Source: Leucoraja ocellata
Lineage: Eukaryota
NCBI GenBank assembly: GCA_036785375.1
Contig: JAWMAR010000012.1
Coordinates: forward strand, 4,526,001 to 4,590,000
Reading direction: 5' to 3'
Length of the DNA: 64,000 bases
This document shows positions 12,425 through 24,322 of this stretch, one piece after another. The notes below the pieces were generated by a model. It worked only from the letters and a program-made list of their open reading frames with translations, was not told the DNA's origin and searched no databases. Every line of letters starts with the position of its first letter. Within the stretch, counting starts at the first letter, position 1. A program made the translations under genes and the position numbers.

Positions 12425-13072
12425 CTAGACCAAGTGGGACCCATTGGGTCCCGTCTCCTCAACGTGTGGCTGCGGGGGAAGGGGTGGTCTGCGGCGTCAC
12501 ACACACNNNNNNNNNNNNNNNNNNNNNNNNNNNNNNNNNNNNNNNNNNNNNNNNNNNNNNNNNNNNNNNNNNNNNNNNNNNNNNNNNNNNNNNNNNNNNN
12601 NNNNNNNNNNNNNNNNNNNNNNNNNNNNNNNNNNNNNNNNNNNNNNNNNNNNNNNNNNNNNNNNNNNNNNNNNNNNNNNNNNNNNNCAAGCCACCTGACT
12701 GACTCAAGACAGACCCGAGCAACCTGAGACCGACCCGACCTGACCCGAGTCAAACTTGATATCTTGTTCTTCACTCACAGCGCGTGGAACACAGCGTGCA
12801 GATCCATTGTGACATCATCAGCGAAAGACAGACGTTTTTTTCTGATTTTTGAACATTCTCATCAATAACTCGAGAAATAAAGCATGAATTTTTCAGATAA
12901 GGCCATTTGCAGATAAGGCCAAATCTCTACCGGAATATGTAAATTTTTACTGTTAGCATGTCGTTTTTTCGAGAAGATGGGATTATACACAAACAAACAA
13001 AGACACACACAAATAAAGACACACACAAACAAATACATCCACATACAAGATCAGACTTTTAATAGTTATTGA
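12425..13072 (-). mobile_element. Non-autonomous Helitron (spans an assembly gap)
   Basis: Minus strand reads A|TCAATAACTATTAAAAG ... gggacccaatgggtccc hairpin, 7 nt, CTAG|T. Confidence 0.8.
12507..12686. other. Assembly gap (180 N)
   Basis: Run of n. Confidence 1.
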
Positions 13073-14826
13073 TATACAAGCTATATTATAATATACAAGC
13101 TAATATATTACAAGCCCTGCTTGTACACACAATCAGAATTTGAGAGTCAAACAAAAACTTGGCTAAATTTTAACTAGATATTTGGACATGGAACTGTTGC
13201 CATTGAATTGTTTAGCCACAGTACACATCATCACATCTTGGATGTTGTGGATTTCAGTAAAGAGAACGATAGTGTCGAGAGTAAGCGAAGTTGGATCATT
13301 TTGGCTCTTTTGCAGTAAGTTATTAAAATTAACTCAATTATATTATTTTTAAGACAACATTAATTAAAATGAGCAAAAATTAGGATCTTTGTTGAAGAAG
13401 GGGAAACAAGAGATTAATTTGAAGATAAAATTGATTCTAGGTAAAGACAGTACAGTCAAGATGTCAAAAGCATGCCACCCAAGATGTACTAGGAACTGGT
13501 AATTTGCTTTGCAATTAAAGGAAAATTATCTTATGCAAAATAAATTGTAAACCCGGCTTTTGATACTGTGCTACACTACTAAATAACTATTAAGCTGATG
13601 ACAGATTGAAGTCTAACCTGTCTCTCCATTGGCAGACACTCAACGCATTAATAAGATGGATGGCACGGTGCATAATAACTCTTTGGCTCTTTGGACATCG
13701 TATCTAATCAATTCATACAATGAGCTATGTCCACAACTAATAATTGGGATTGTATAACGTAGTTTCAGATTGGTCCAGTTGGGAAATAAATTAGACATTT
13801 GCTCAGCTGATGTGAAGATTTTCAATTTCTCCACAATAGATCACAATTGAGAAATACATTATGTCTGATTGTCATCCCACAGATAAAAATAATCATGCAG
13901 TGTGCTGGTAAGGGAGAACGAGCAATGTTAAGAGAGAGCATAGTTCAACATAACCATCTCCAATGATTTCTAAAAAATTATTCTCAGTCGAGTGAATCAA
14001 TAAGATTGGATCAAGTACCTGACCATAGTGGTCCTGAAAGACATCAGATAGGATGTGATAAATATGACAATTAAAATCAGATTATGACATATTATGCAGA
14101 TAAATTTAATGTTGTATAGTGTGTAGAACTTTGAGTAGTCTGCACTGCTGAAACACGGTCAGCCCACCAGACCATGGAAAAAGCACAAGAAAATAAGGAT
14201 CCCAGGAAGAATGAATAATGAAAAAAGGAAAAAGTGTTATATAAAGTTGAAGAATGGAATGCAGAAGGTTGCAATGTGCCTAGACACAAGATGAGGTGTT
14301 GCTCTCAAGTTTGCCTTGGTCCTGTTCTCTCAGTGCAGAAAGCCAAATTCAGAAAGATCAGACTGTGAATGGATACACAGGCTATACCAAATTAAACTGC
14401 AGGAGAAACACAGCGGGTCAAGCAACATCTATGGAGGCAAAGGGATAGTCATTGTTTTGGGTCGAGACCCTATGTCAGGACTGAGAGTGTAGAGTGTAGG
14501 CAGTTTAAAGATATGAGTGGGAGGGGTGATGTAGGGGTTAAAGGGTGACAGATGGAATGACTTAAGGAAGGGGATAATGGGCAGGGGGAGCCAGGTGGGG
14601 GATGGAGTTAGGATACAGTGGTTGGTAGGTGGAAGGTAGATTTGGACAAGGAGAGAGGAGGAAAATAGAGCAGATATAGCCAGGTGGGGAGAGAAGGGAT
14701 GATGAAGGCACAGACAAAGGATGGAAGTCAATAAATGGAGGCACAATAGGATGTAGATGCTGGAACCTGATAATAAAGAAAGGGGATAAGTGCAACCAAA
14801 TAAGGAGGGAGGTGGATGAAAAGAAC

Positions 14827-14865
14827 CAAGTCAAGTCAAGTCAAGTCAAGTCAAGTCAAATCAAG
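14827..14865 (-). repeat. (CAAGT)n microsatellite, tail of a minus-strand LINE-type 3' end
   Basis: caagtcaagt repeats adjacent to tttatttgttacatacac (AATAAA on the minus strand). Confidence 0.75.
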
Positions 14866-15090
14866 TTTATTTGTTACATACACATACGAGATGTGCAGTG
14901 AAATGAAAGTGACTTTTGTGCAAAAAGCCAAACAACCTATAAACACAATCATAACACACATATACCTTTACATAATAAATAATGGAAGGAAAAACAAAAG
15001 GGAAAGAAAATAGGAGAATCAGTAGTCTCAGGTTTAGATGACGGAAAAACAGCAGATCTGTCAAAATACATTCTATTATGATACTTCATA

Positions 15091-15592
15091 CTCCGCTCGG
15101 TCCGCACTAACCAAACCAAGTGATTGCTTCACCGAACACCTCTGCGCGGTCCGCAATAACCAACACCAAGCGTAGGCTTGGCGATCATTTCGCCGGACAC
15201 CCTCCGCTCGGTCCACACTAACCAACCTGACCTCCCGGTGGCTCAGCACTTCAACTCCCCCTCCCATTCTGTATCCGACCTCTCTGTCCTGGACTTCCTC
15301 CACAGCCAGAGTGAGCAACACCGGAAATTGGAGGAGCAGCACCTCGTATTCCGCTTGGGTAGTCTGCATCCTGGTGGCATGAACATTGATTTCTCATAAT
15401 TCTGTTAACCCTTGCTGTCTCCTCCCCTTCCTACCTCAGCCCTCGGGCTCCTTCTCCTTGTTCCTTTCTTCTCCCCGCCTCCCCCCACCCCCGATCAGTC
15501 TGAAGAAGGGTTTCGACCCGAAACGGTGCCTATCTCCTTCGCTCCATAGATGCTGCTTCACCCACTGAGTTTCTCCAGCATTTTTGTGTACA
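15091..15592 (+). mobile_element. Penelope-like element 3' fragment (GIY-YIG endonuclease C-terminus plus hammerhead-bearing tail)
   Basis: Encodes PVAQHFNSPSHS.SDLSVL...RKLEEQHLVFRLGSLHPGGMNIDFS, followed by ctgaagaagggtttcgacccgaaac at about 15500. Confidence 0.8.
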
Positions 15593-17086
15593 TTCAAAAT
15601 ACATGTTGGTAATTATCCTCCTGTGTTTTAACCAGAAAAATACAATGTCTAAATAAAGATTGAGAATGCACAACCCTTAGTGGCCCATTACCTTTGTATG
15701 ATAAGGAACAAGCAATATTGGTGCAGTACATCTCAAATAAAAGTGGTAATTGCTTAAATACAGCTGGAAACATTTTTACTTCCTTTGTAACTATTATTGG
15801 GAAGATAATTACAATTATATTTGAAGGAATAGGTCAAGAAAAACAGGATTATATAACAAGCAAAAGTAAGATTACATTGCAGATAGTGCACGTTGGTAGA
15901 TGTGGAATTTGGAAAGGCAAACATTTTGTAAAATGGCATTGAACTGATGAAACGAATTGATCCCCTTGGGATTAGAGAGGCATTAGCAGCACAAGTTTAA
16001 AATTGGTTAAGGAACAAAAAGCAGAGCCTAATCATAAATAGTTATTATTCAGGCTGGAAGGAAGTATATAGTGGTCTCCCGAGAGAGCTATTTTTGTGAC
16101 TGCTGCTTTGATTTGATACATTTTAATGACCTGGTCTTGACATGGGGAGGATAATTTTAAAGTTTGCCACTGCTACAAATTTTAGAAAAGTGTTATTGTG
16201 AAAGAAGGAACAAATTTTAGTAGAGCATAGACAGGTGATAAAAGCAGACACATGGGAGATGGAATTTAATAGAGAAGTGAGAACTGATACAATTACGAAG
16301 GAAAGCCACGGAAAGGCAATAGAATCTAAATTACATAATTATAAAGTGGGTGAAGGAACAATGTGAACCATGGATTTACATCCAGAAACATTTGAAGGTG
16401 ACGGGACAAGTTAATAAGGCTGTTAATAAAGCATAACTGATGATTGACTTCATTAAAAGTGACAATCTAGAAAACCAAGAAAGTTGCAATTAATCTTTAT
16501 GAAATAATTGGTTAAGATGAAACTATTATTCTACAATGACACTGAGTTTGTTGGGGTCGATCTTCCAATTAGATATATACAGATCTGACTAGTCCCTGAC
16601 TAGGCTGTTCCTTAGCCGAGGAAGTGGTGAGGTGCTACGCCCATCACAACATTGGCCACTAGACACCAGTACTCCTCGTGGATACAACAGGAGAACGTGA
16701 ACTTCTGTACATTTCCATGCCCTCAGGTTAAGCAAGTCACCCTGGTTTGCACTTGCAGGTTTGATGAGGTCCAGTCAAGTCGAATTTATAGTCATGTGCA
16801 CAAGGTACAGGTACAATGAAAATCATGTTTGCAGCAAATTCACGGGCACATAACATAAATTATACATAACACAACTTTTTTTTTTTTAAACTGTGCACAA
16901 CATAATTAGGAGAAAAAAATACAAGTTCATAGTAGTGCAAGAGATTGGGTGGGTTGGTTCAAGGTCTGTACCTCCTGCACAATGGTAGCAGTGATAAAAG
17001 AGCATGGGGCTTGATTATAGATGCTTTCTTGAGACATTGCCTCAGGTAGATGCATTTATTATGAAATAGAGCAGAAAATCTGTGTA

Positions 17087-17286
17087 NNNNNNNNNNNNNN
17101 NNNNNNNNNNNNNNNNNNNNNNNNNNNNNNNNNNNNNNNNNNNNNNNNNNNNNNNNNNNNNNNNNNNNNNNNNNNNNNNNNNNNNNNNNNNNNNNNNNNN
17201 NNNNNNNNNNNNNNNNNNNNNNNNNNNNNNNNNNNNNNNNNNNNNNNNNNNNNNNNNNNNNNNNNNNNNNNNNNNNNNNNNNNNNN
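17087..17286. other. Assembly gap (200 N)
   Basis: Run of n flanked by unrelated LINE fragments: Rex-type tail on the left, APE endonuclease pieces (VVMGDFN; DLPGFTTV...SGKIKGGG) on the right. Confidence 1.
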
Positions 17287-18143
17287 TGGCATGTAACAAA
17301 GGTAATTCCACTGTGGTTATGGGAGATTTCAATATGCAGGTAGACTTGGAAAAATAAGGTGTTATGACCTGGATTACACCATCTATTGTTCTCCAGCAGA
17401 GCAAGACCCCCACCTTTGATCTTCCCACTCGCCTTCGAGTCTCCATCCGTTTGTACCGTAGTGAAGCCGGGTAGATCCACACAGGAGTCCGGGATGTTGT
17501 CCGTCTCAGTGGAGTGGGGTTTGGGCAAATGATGGCCTTGTCAACTATGAACAATCTGTGCGAGTATAGTAATGAGTACATTATCAGCAATTGTCCTCTA
17601 TAACCGAGTAAGGGATTATGATTATGATTGAAAAATAAGTGGAAACAACTGTTTTCTGTTGTGCTGGAGCAAGCAAGAATTTAAATGTCCTATCTGGGAG
17701 ACATGACGATAAAACTCTCTTGACTCTTGATGCTTGTTAATATACAAATGGACACAAAGTGCTGGAGAAACTCAGCAGGTCATGCAGCAAATCTTGAAAA
17801 CATGGATATGGTGACCTTTCTAGTCAAGACTTCTTCAGATTTGGTCTGGAACTGGGCCTTGAATCCCGGTGAGGTTGATGGTCCCAACATTCTGGTGGCA
17901 GGGGAGAGGTGAGGATCGACTGTGTCATAGGCCGTGGCCTCGTGGGTGGCCGGAGGGCTGCCGATGAAGCTGCGCGGGCCGGCAGTGGTGGCTGTAGGTC
18001 CAGCCTGGTAGCAGCCGGGGGTGGCTTTGTGCACTGGGGGTGACATCGCCAACCTGGCCTGGAAGTGGCCAGGGAGGCTGGAATGGCGATAGCACCCTGG
18101 CCGGACTGTAAAAATCAGTAGGTCCATCCGCTTTAACCAAAGG

Positions 18144-20213
18144 CAGGAACGGGGTACTGATTGGGGATGATCAGACATGATCACATTGAATGGCGGTGTT
18201 GGCTCGAAGGGCCGAATGGCCTACTCCTGCACCTATTGTCTATTGTCTATTGTCAAATAGTATTGGGTAGACTGATGGGACTGAAGGCTGATAAATCCCC
18301 AGGGCTGATGGTCTGCATCCCAGGGTGCTCAAGGAGGTGGCTCTAGAAATCGTGGATGCATTGGTGATCATTTTCCAATATTCTATAGATTCAGGATCAG
18401 TTCCTGTGGATTGGAGGGTAGCTAATGTTATCCCACTTTTCAAGAAAGCAGCAAGAAAGGAAACAAGGAATTATGGACCAGTTAGCCTGACATCGGTGGT
18501 GGGGAAGATGCTGGAGTCAATTATTAAAGAAGTTATAACAGCAGGTGCTATTGACCTGCATGGGAAGGTAGACGCTCCCGCCTCCACGAGTCTCGGGCAG
18601 ATGGGGCTTGTCAGCCTAGGAAGGCAGTCCATCTAGGAGAAGGAAAACTGATTTAAAACCTCCACTGCCTTGTGGCCACATCCAGTCATGGAAAAGGCTC
18701 CAGGAGTAAACCTCAAGAAAATCCAGTCAGAGCCCCTAAGGCAGTTCGTCGTTGTCTACAACCTTACTCTGGCAGCTCCTGCGATGGCGCTTGTGCCAAA
18801 CTGTAATGGCCCTGCTGTTCCTTTGGATCGATCAGCGATGTGGAGAGGGGGGACGTGCTGCATGGGCAACAGCCTGTCCTCCATATGACATCGCCCAGGC
18901 TTGCATCTGACCAGGACTGAGAGGGGCCTACTTATAAAAACACACGTCAGCATGGATTTATGAAGGGGAAATCCTGCTTGAATAAACTTCTGGAATTTTT
19001 TGAGGATGTGACAAGTAAAATGGATGAAGGAGAGCCAGTGGATGGAACTGGACTATCAGAAAGCCTTTGATCAGGTCCTGCACAGGAGATTAGTGGGCAA
19101 AAGTAGAGCACGTGGTATTGGGCGTAGGGTATTGACATGAATAGTGAATTGTTTGGCAGACAGGAAACGAAGAGTTGGAAAAAACGGGTCCCTGTCAGAA
19201 TGGCAGGCAGTGGCGAGTGGAGTGCCGCAAGGCTCGGTGCTGGGGCCGCAACTATTTACAATATATATATTAATGATTTAGATGATGGGATTAAAAGTAA
19301 CACTAGCAAATTTGCAGATGACACAAAGCTGGGTGGCAGTGTGAACTGCGAAGAAGATACTAGGAGGTTGCGCAGGGTGACTTGGAGATGTTGAATGAGT
19401 GGGCAGATGCGTGGCAGATGCAGTATAATGTAGATAAAATATACACTTTTTGCGGCAAGAACAAGGAGGCAGATTAATATCTCAATTATGTCAGATTAAG
19501 AAAAAGGGAAGTGCGACAAGACCTGGGTGGCCTTGTACACTGGTCACTGAAAGTAAGCATGCAGGTACAGCAGACAGTGAAGAAAGCTAATGGCATGTTG
19601 GTCTTCTTAACAAGAGGGTTTAAGTATAGGAGTAAAGAGGTCCGTCTGCAATTGTATAGGTCCCTAGTGAGACCACATCTGTATTATTGTGTGCAGTTTT
19701 GGTCTCCTAATTTGAGGAAGGACACCCTTGCTATTGAGGCAGTGCAGCGTAGGTTCACAAGGTTAATCCCTGGGATGGTGGGACTGTCATATGAGAAAAG
19801 ATTGGAAAGACTGAGCTTTATTCACTGGAATTTAGCAGGATGAGAGGATATCTTAAAGAAACATATAAAATGATTAAAGGACTGGGACAAGCTAGATGCA
19901 GGAAAAAAAATCCCAATGTTGGGGGCGTTCAGAACCAGGGGCCACAGTCTAAGAATAAAGGGGAGGCTATTTAAAACTGAGATCAGAAAAGTGAATTTGT
20001 AGAATTCTCTGCCGGTGAAGGCAGTAGAGGCCAATTCACTGGATGAATTTAAAAGAGAGGTAGATAGAGCTCTGGGGGCTAGCGGAATCAAAGGATATGG
20101 GGAGAAAGCAGACATGCGTTACTGATTGTGGATGATCAGCCATGATCACAATGAATGGTGGTGCAGGCTCGAAGTGTCAAATGGCCTCCTACTGCACATA
20201 TTTCTATTTCTAT
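18144..20213 (+). mobile_element. CR1 tail (18144-18253) abutting a second disrupted CR1 ORF2 copy
   Basis: Motifs LKEVALEIVDALVIIFQ, SKFADDTKLGG, LYRSLVRPHL; typical CR1 3' end. Confidence 0.88.
18544..18940 (+). mobile_element. Probable RTE-clade 5' fragment interrupting CR1
   Basis: The motif ggcagtccatctaggagaaggaaaactgatttaaaacc resembles RTE-type 5' regions; CR1 resumes at gtcagcatggattta. Confidence 0.45.
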
Positions 20214-21639
20214 TTTGTGGTGACAATGAACATAAACATCAAGTATTCTTTAATAAACAAAATTCTTAAATAAGTGATTTGTTTCTGCATTAGAAATCAG
20301 TCATGAGCCCCAAGTGAAAGAAACATTGTGTTAACATATTTTCTCAAGCATCAATCAGACACAAAAAACAGAACATTCTGCTCAAGTCCACTATCAGATA
20401 TTGCACATCCTACAATTTTGCCAGCACTGGAAAATGACAATTGCTGTATATACAGCTTGTTCATGTTCAGGTGACAATTACTGAATTTTGCAAATGAATA
20501 AAAGGGACTTCAGATGAATGGTGACTATTCCTGAAAGCTCTTTTTCAGCTTCTGTTATCTGAATTTGTATGTTCATACTTTGCAGCATAAGATCATTTAG
20601 ACCAGTTTATTTATCTAATACTCAAGTTATTTCGATCAGTAATGGTTGATCATTTTTATCAATTTATTTTTTTTTAAATCTTTTGCTCACTATCATTAAA
20701 AGTTAAAAAAATATATATATTCTTAGTTACCTAACAATTCTGAGATTCTGGAGGCAAAAGCTCAGGGATGCTAAAGAAATACATTATTTACATTGTGTAC
20801 ATTATAAATGATGTAGTTTTAGTCAAGGCGCCAGCTTCTGTCTCAGCCACCGTGGTACACAACACAGTGCTAGAACATAAGTGTGGTGATGTAGAACTCT
20901 CCCCAGGTTGTTTGCTCCAATATTTGTAAGAACGTGCACCATTATAAATAAGATAGGAAATTTGAGTCAAAACCTTTGTCAAAAAAGCACATCTCTTTGC
21001 AAGAAGATCAATATTTGGCAATAAATGTGCAGTCCTTCTAAAAAGACAATACATTCAATAATGCAAAAAAGCTCATCCAAAGGATCAGTGATTGTATGAT
21101 GAGCTGAACTATAATGACCAGAGATTTCTCTGCTTTGTCTTTAGTTTCTCCTGAGTTTTGAGGGGAAAAAAACCACCAAAAGTATTTTCTAATGGCACCC
21201 CTAGGTGTCTTTTGAACAATTTGTTGTTTAAATGCATAGCCATTCACAAACAAATAGTCCTCTGGAGCGTGACAACAAATAATGTACTTGTTCCAAAATG
21301 GAAGAAACATGGTAGCTGCTTCTATCAGTAAATGAATTTAGGAATTGAATTAAAATTGAGCAAGCATTCCTGATGGGAAGAAAGATATGATTGTAAGAAT
21401 GTATAAAACAGCTAATGTGCATATATGCCATTTCTCATATAATAGTTAAAGCTCTTCTATAAGCATCCAAAGTACATATTTGCCACAAACTTTCGACTGT
21501 AGACTCAAGGAACTGCAGATACTGGTTTACACATGCTACTAAATTACTGCATTTCTGGAATAACACATTTCTGGAGCTTTCAGGTTCTGATCAGGTTTTC
21601 CCAGTGATTAACAATCAGGCTGCAGATCCCCATTCCACA

Positions 21640-22410
21640 TTCAATCTACAGGTAATTTCCAACAGGCCAATCTACAGGCAGGGATCAGAGTTGGGTCCCT
21701 TTTTGATTGTCGTCTATGTTAATGATTTCAATGGGAACTTAGGCAGCACGAGTAGAAAGTTTCTGGATGACCCTAAAATTGTTAATGTGATGAACAATTA
21801 AAAATTTAGTCTAAGGTTACAAGACCAAGATCATTGAGAATGTATGCAGAGGAATGGCAGGTGGAATTTAATGCGGACAAGTGCGAAGTAATGAACTTTG
21901 GAAAGTTAAATCAGGGCAGGACTTGATAGGGCCCTGGGGAGTGTTGTAGAGTGGTGAGTGAGGATTACAGGTACATTGACTACAGGTGTATAGTTTCCTT
22001 AGAGCCAAGGAAACTGAGGAGTGACCTTGCAGAAATATATAAAATCATCAGGGTGGTAGATAAAGTGGGCCAGAGACGTTTTCCCTAGAGTAGAGTTTAA
22101 AACTAGAAAACATAGGTTTCAGGTGAGAGAGGAAAAATTATAAAGAGAGTCAAGAGTGTTTTATTGCCATATGTCTCAGATAGAACAATAACATTCTTGA
22201 GGGGGTAATTGTTTCGCCCATGGGTTGATGGGTATGTGCGAGAGGAAGTGTATAGAAGCAGTACAATTAGAATACGTCAAATGCATTTGGATAGATTCAT
22301 GTGTAGGGTAGAAGGTTTAGAGGGCTTAGAGGGCTATGCATCAAATTGGTCAGCAGGGGCAAATTGAGCTGAAAGTCCAGTTTCTGTGTTGTACAACTCT
22401 ATGATTCTAT
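21640..22410 (+). mobile_element. Old degenerate CR1 fragment
   Basis: QGSELGP..VYVNDF..KFLDDPKI remnants; ctctatgattctat tail. Confidence 0.65.
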
Positions 22411-22935
22411 TACTATAATTGCAAAATACAGACTTTGATTCTATATGCAAGTAGTTAATGTATTGAAACCCGAGCTAGCAGTTTGGATGTAAGGATAGAT
22501 TACAATTCTTCAAAGGTCTTCAGAATATGATTTGCAGTCCTTGAAATATGACAAGCAGAGTGTCATCCTCCATTTGTGAAACCATAGATCCATTCAGGAT
22601 GTCATCTTGGCATTTCCCTTATTCAATCCTGCACTCCCATGGAGTAACTTTTAAAGCTTTTTTTGGTTTAGGCCACTACATAAAACTATCGCATTCCTCA
22701 ATATCCTGCTATCAAAGAATATATTCATCCCAATCACAGTCGAAAAACATGAACAGGAAATTTTACCCAGTCCAAAAGCAAGTTTTGACATCTTTAATAT
22801 TAGATTTTTAATGGATAATTGCATATCCCAGTTAGCCTTCAGAAAAAATGTTAATCTGTTACTACTCTGAGAGAAATTGAAATAATAGGGCAAGGGTCTA
22901 TTCCAACTGACAATTGTAATTTATTTTACAATGTA

Positions 22936-23163
22936 ATGCCCCTGTCCCACTTAGGAAACCTGAACGGAAACCTCTAGAGACTTTGCGCCCCACCCAAGGT
23001 TTCTGTGCGGTTCCCGGAGGTTGCAGGTGGTTGCCGGAGGTTGCAGGTAGTGGAAGCAGGTAGGGAGACTGACAAAAACCTCTGGGAACCGCACGGAAAC
23101 CTTGGGTAGGGCGCAAAGTCTCCAGAGGTTTCCGTTCAGGTTTCATAAGTGGGACAGGGGCAT
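22936..23163. mobile_element. MITE with about 85-bp TIRs, flanked by TA
   Basis: TA|atgcccctgtcccacttaggaaacctgaacggaaacctc ... gaggtttccgttcaggtttcataagtgggacaggggcat|TA. Confidence 0.9.
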
Positions 23164-24322
23164 TACACAAAGGAATTTCTACAAGAAAATAATCATTAAA
23201 AAAAATTATAAGGAGTACATTGGGATTGAACTCTCAGCATTCTTAATTTCAAGTCCTCTGACCAGCTGGCATGTTCAGACACAGGTTGCTAATGCATGAT
23301 CAGTTGCATAATACAGCATCTAACATTTCTGTACATTCACCTTATCTAATCCCTTCACGATTCTATACATCTCGACAAAATCGCCACTTAGCCTCCTGCA
23401 CTCCAAGGAGTAAAAGTCCTGCCTGCTCAACCTTTCCGTTTAGCTCAGACCCTTGACAATTGGTGACATCCTCGTAAATCTTCTCTGCATCATTTGCAGC
23501 TTAAATGCCGTGAGCCATTGTTGCAGAAACAGATGCAAGATCTGTAATGCATCGAGTAAGCTGCATACTAAACCCTTCACAGAAGCGTTCCTTCCTCCCC
23601 ATAATCTCATGGCTCAGCAATCATGCAAACTACAAGGATGCAAAGCAATGGTCTTACAATGGATAATTTGCAGAAAAGATACCCAGTCCACAAAATGGTT
23701 TGCAGTGATAATTCCATTAACGACAAACACTAATTGATCTGTTATCCATCTGTGCAAGGGCAAAATTATTTCTAGGCTCTATTTGTTCCTGTCACACCAA
23801 ATAGATATTATGTACTTCAACTAATTTACAGACCTCTGTCCAATTTATTCTCTTAATAACTGTATCTGCACGTTCACCCTTCTGATTAGCTGTTGATGAC
23901 GTTCATTCAATCAGTCAAATTCAGTCAATCATGACTTCAGATAGTAAGGGATTAGAAGTTCCACCTTACAGTCAGCTCCAGAACAATTAATATTACATTT
24001 TCCAGAGGGTTGTCCTAATTTTACTTTATTGTAACTCTTCTGAATATCAAATTAGAGTTATTTCAGGGTGCTCGGGTATATAAGATAGACACGAGGGGCT
24101 GGAGTAACTCAGTGGGTCAGGCAGCATCTCTGGAGAATAAGGATAGGGGATGTTTCAGTTTGGGATCTTTCTTCAGACCCTTCTCAATCTCATCCGGGTG
24201 TCTGGTTTGCTGGTAAAAAAAATACAATGTATGAAGAGAGTGTGACATTCTGGAACAAATAACTCAGGTAGAAGAATAAATACAATAACAGTGAAAGACA
24301 AGTTTCATTTGTGCAGCCTTAA

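Noticed and set aside
12115-12774. Long ORFs across 12507-12686 (similarly across 17087-17286)
   Set aside because: They are open only because of N runs.
13178-13318. Possible TNMD upstream exon (…ILDVVDFSK resembling LEVHDFKN)
   Set aside because: Weak acceptor, no other family residues and no donor in a fitting position.
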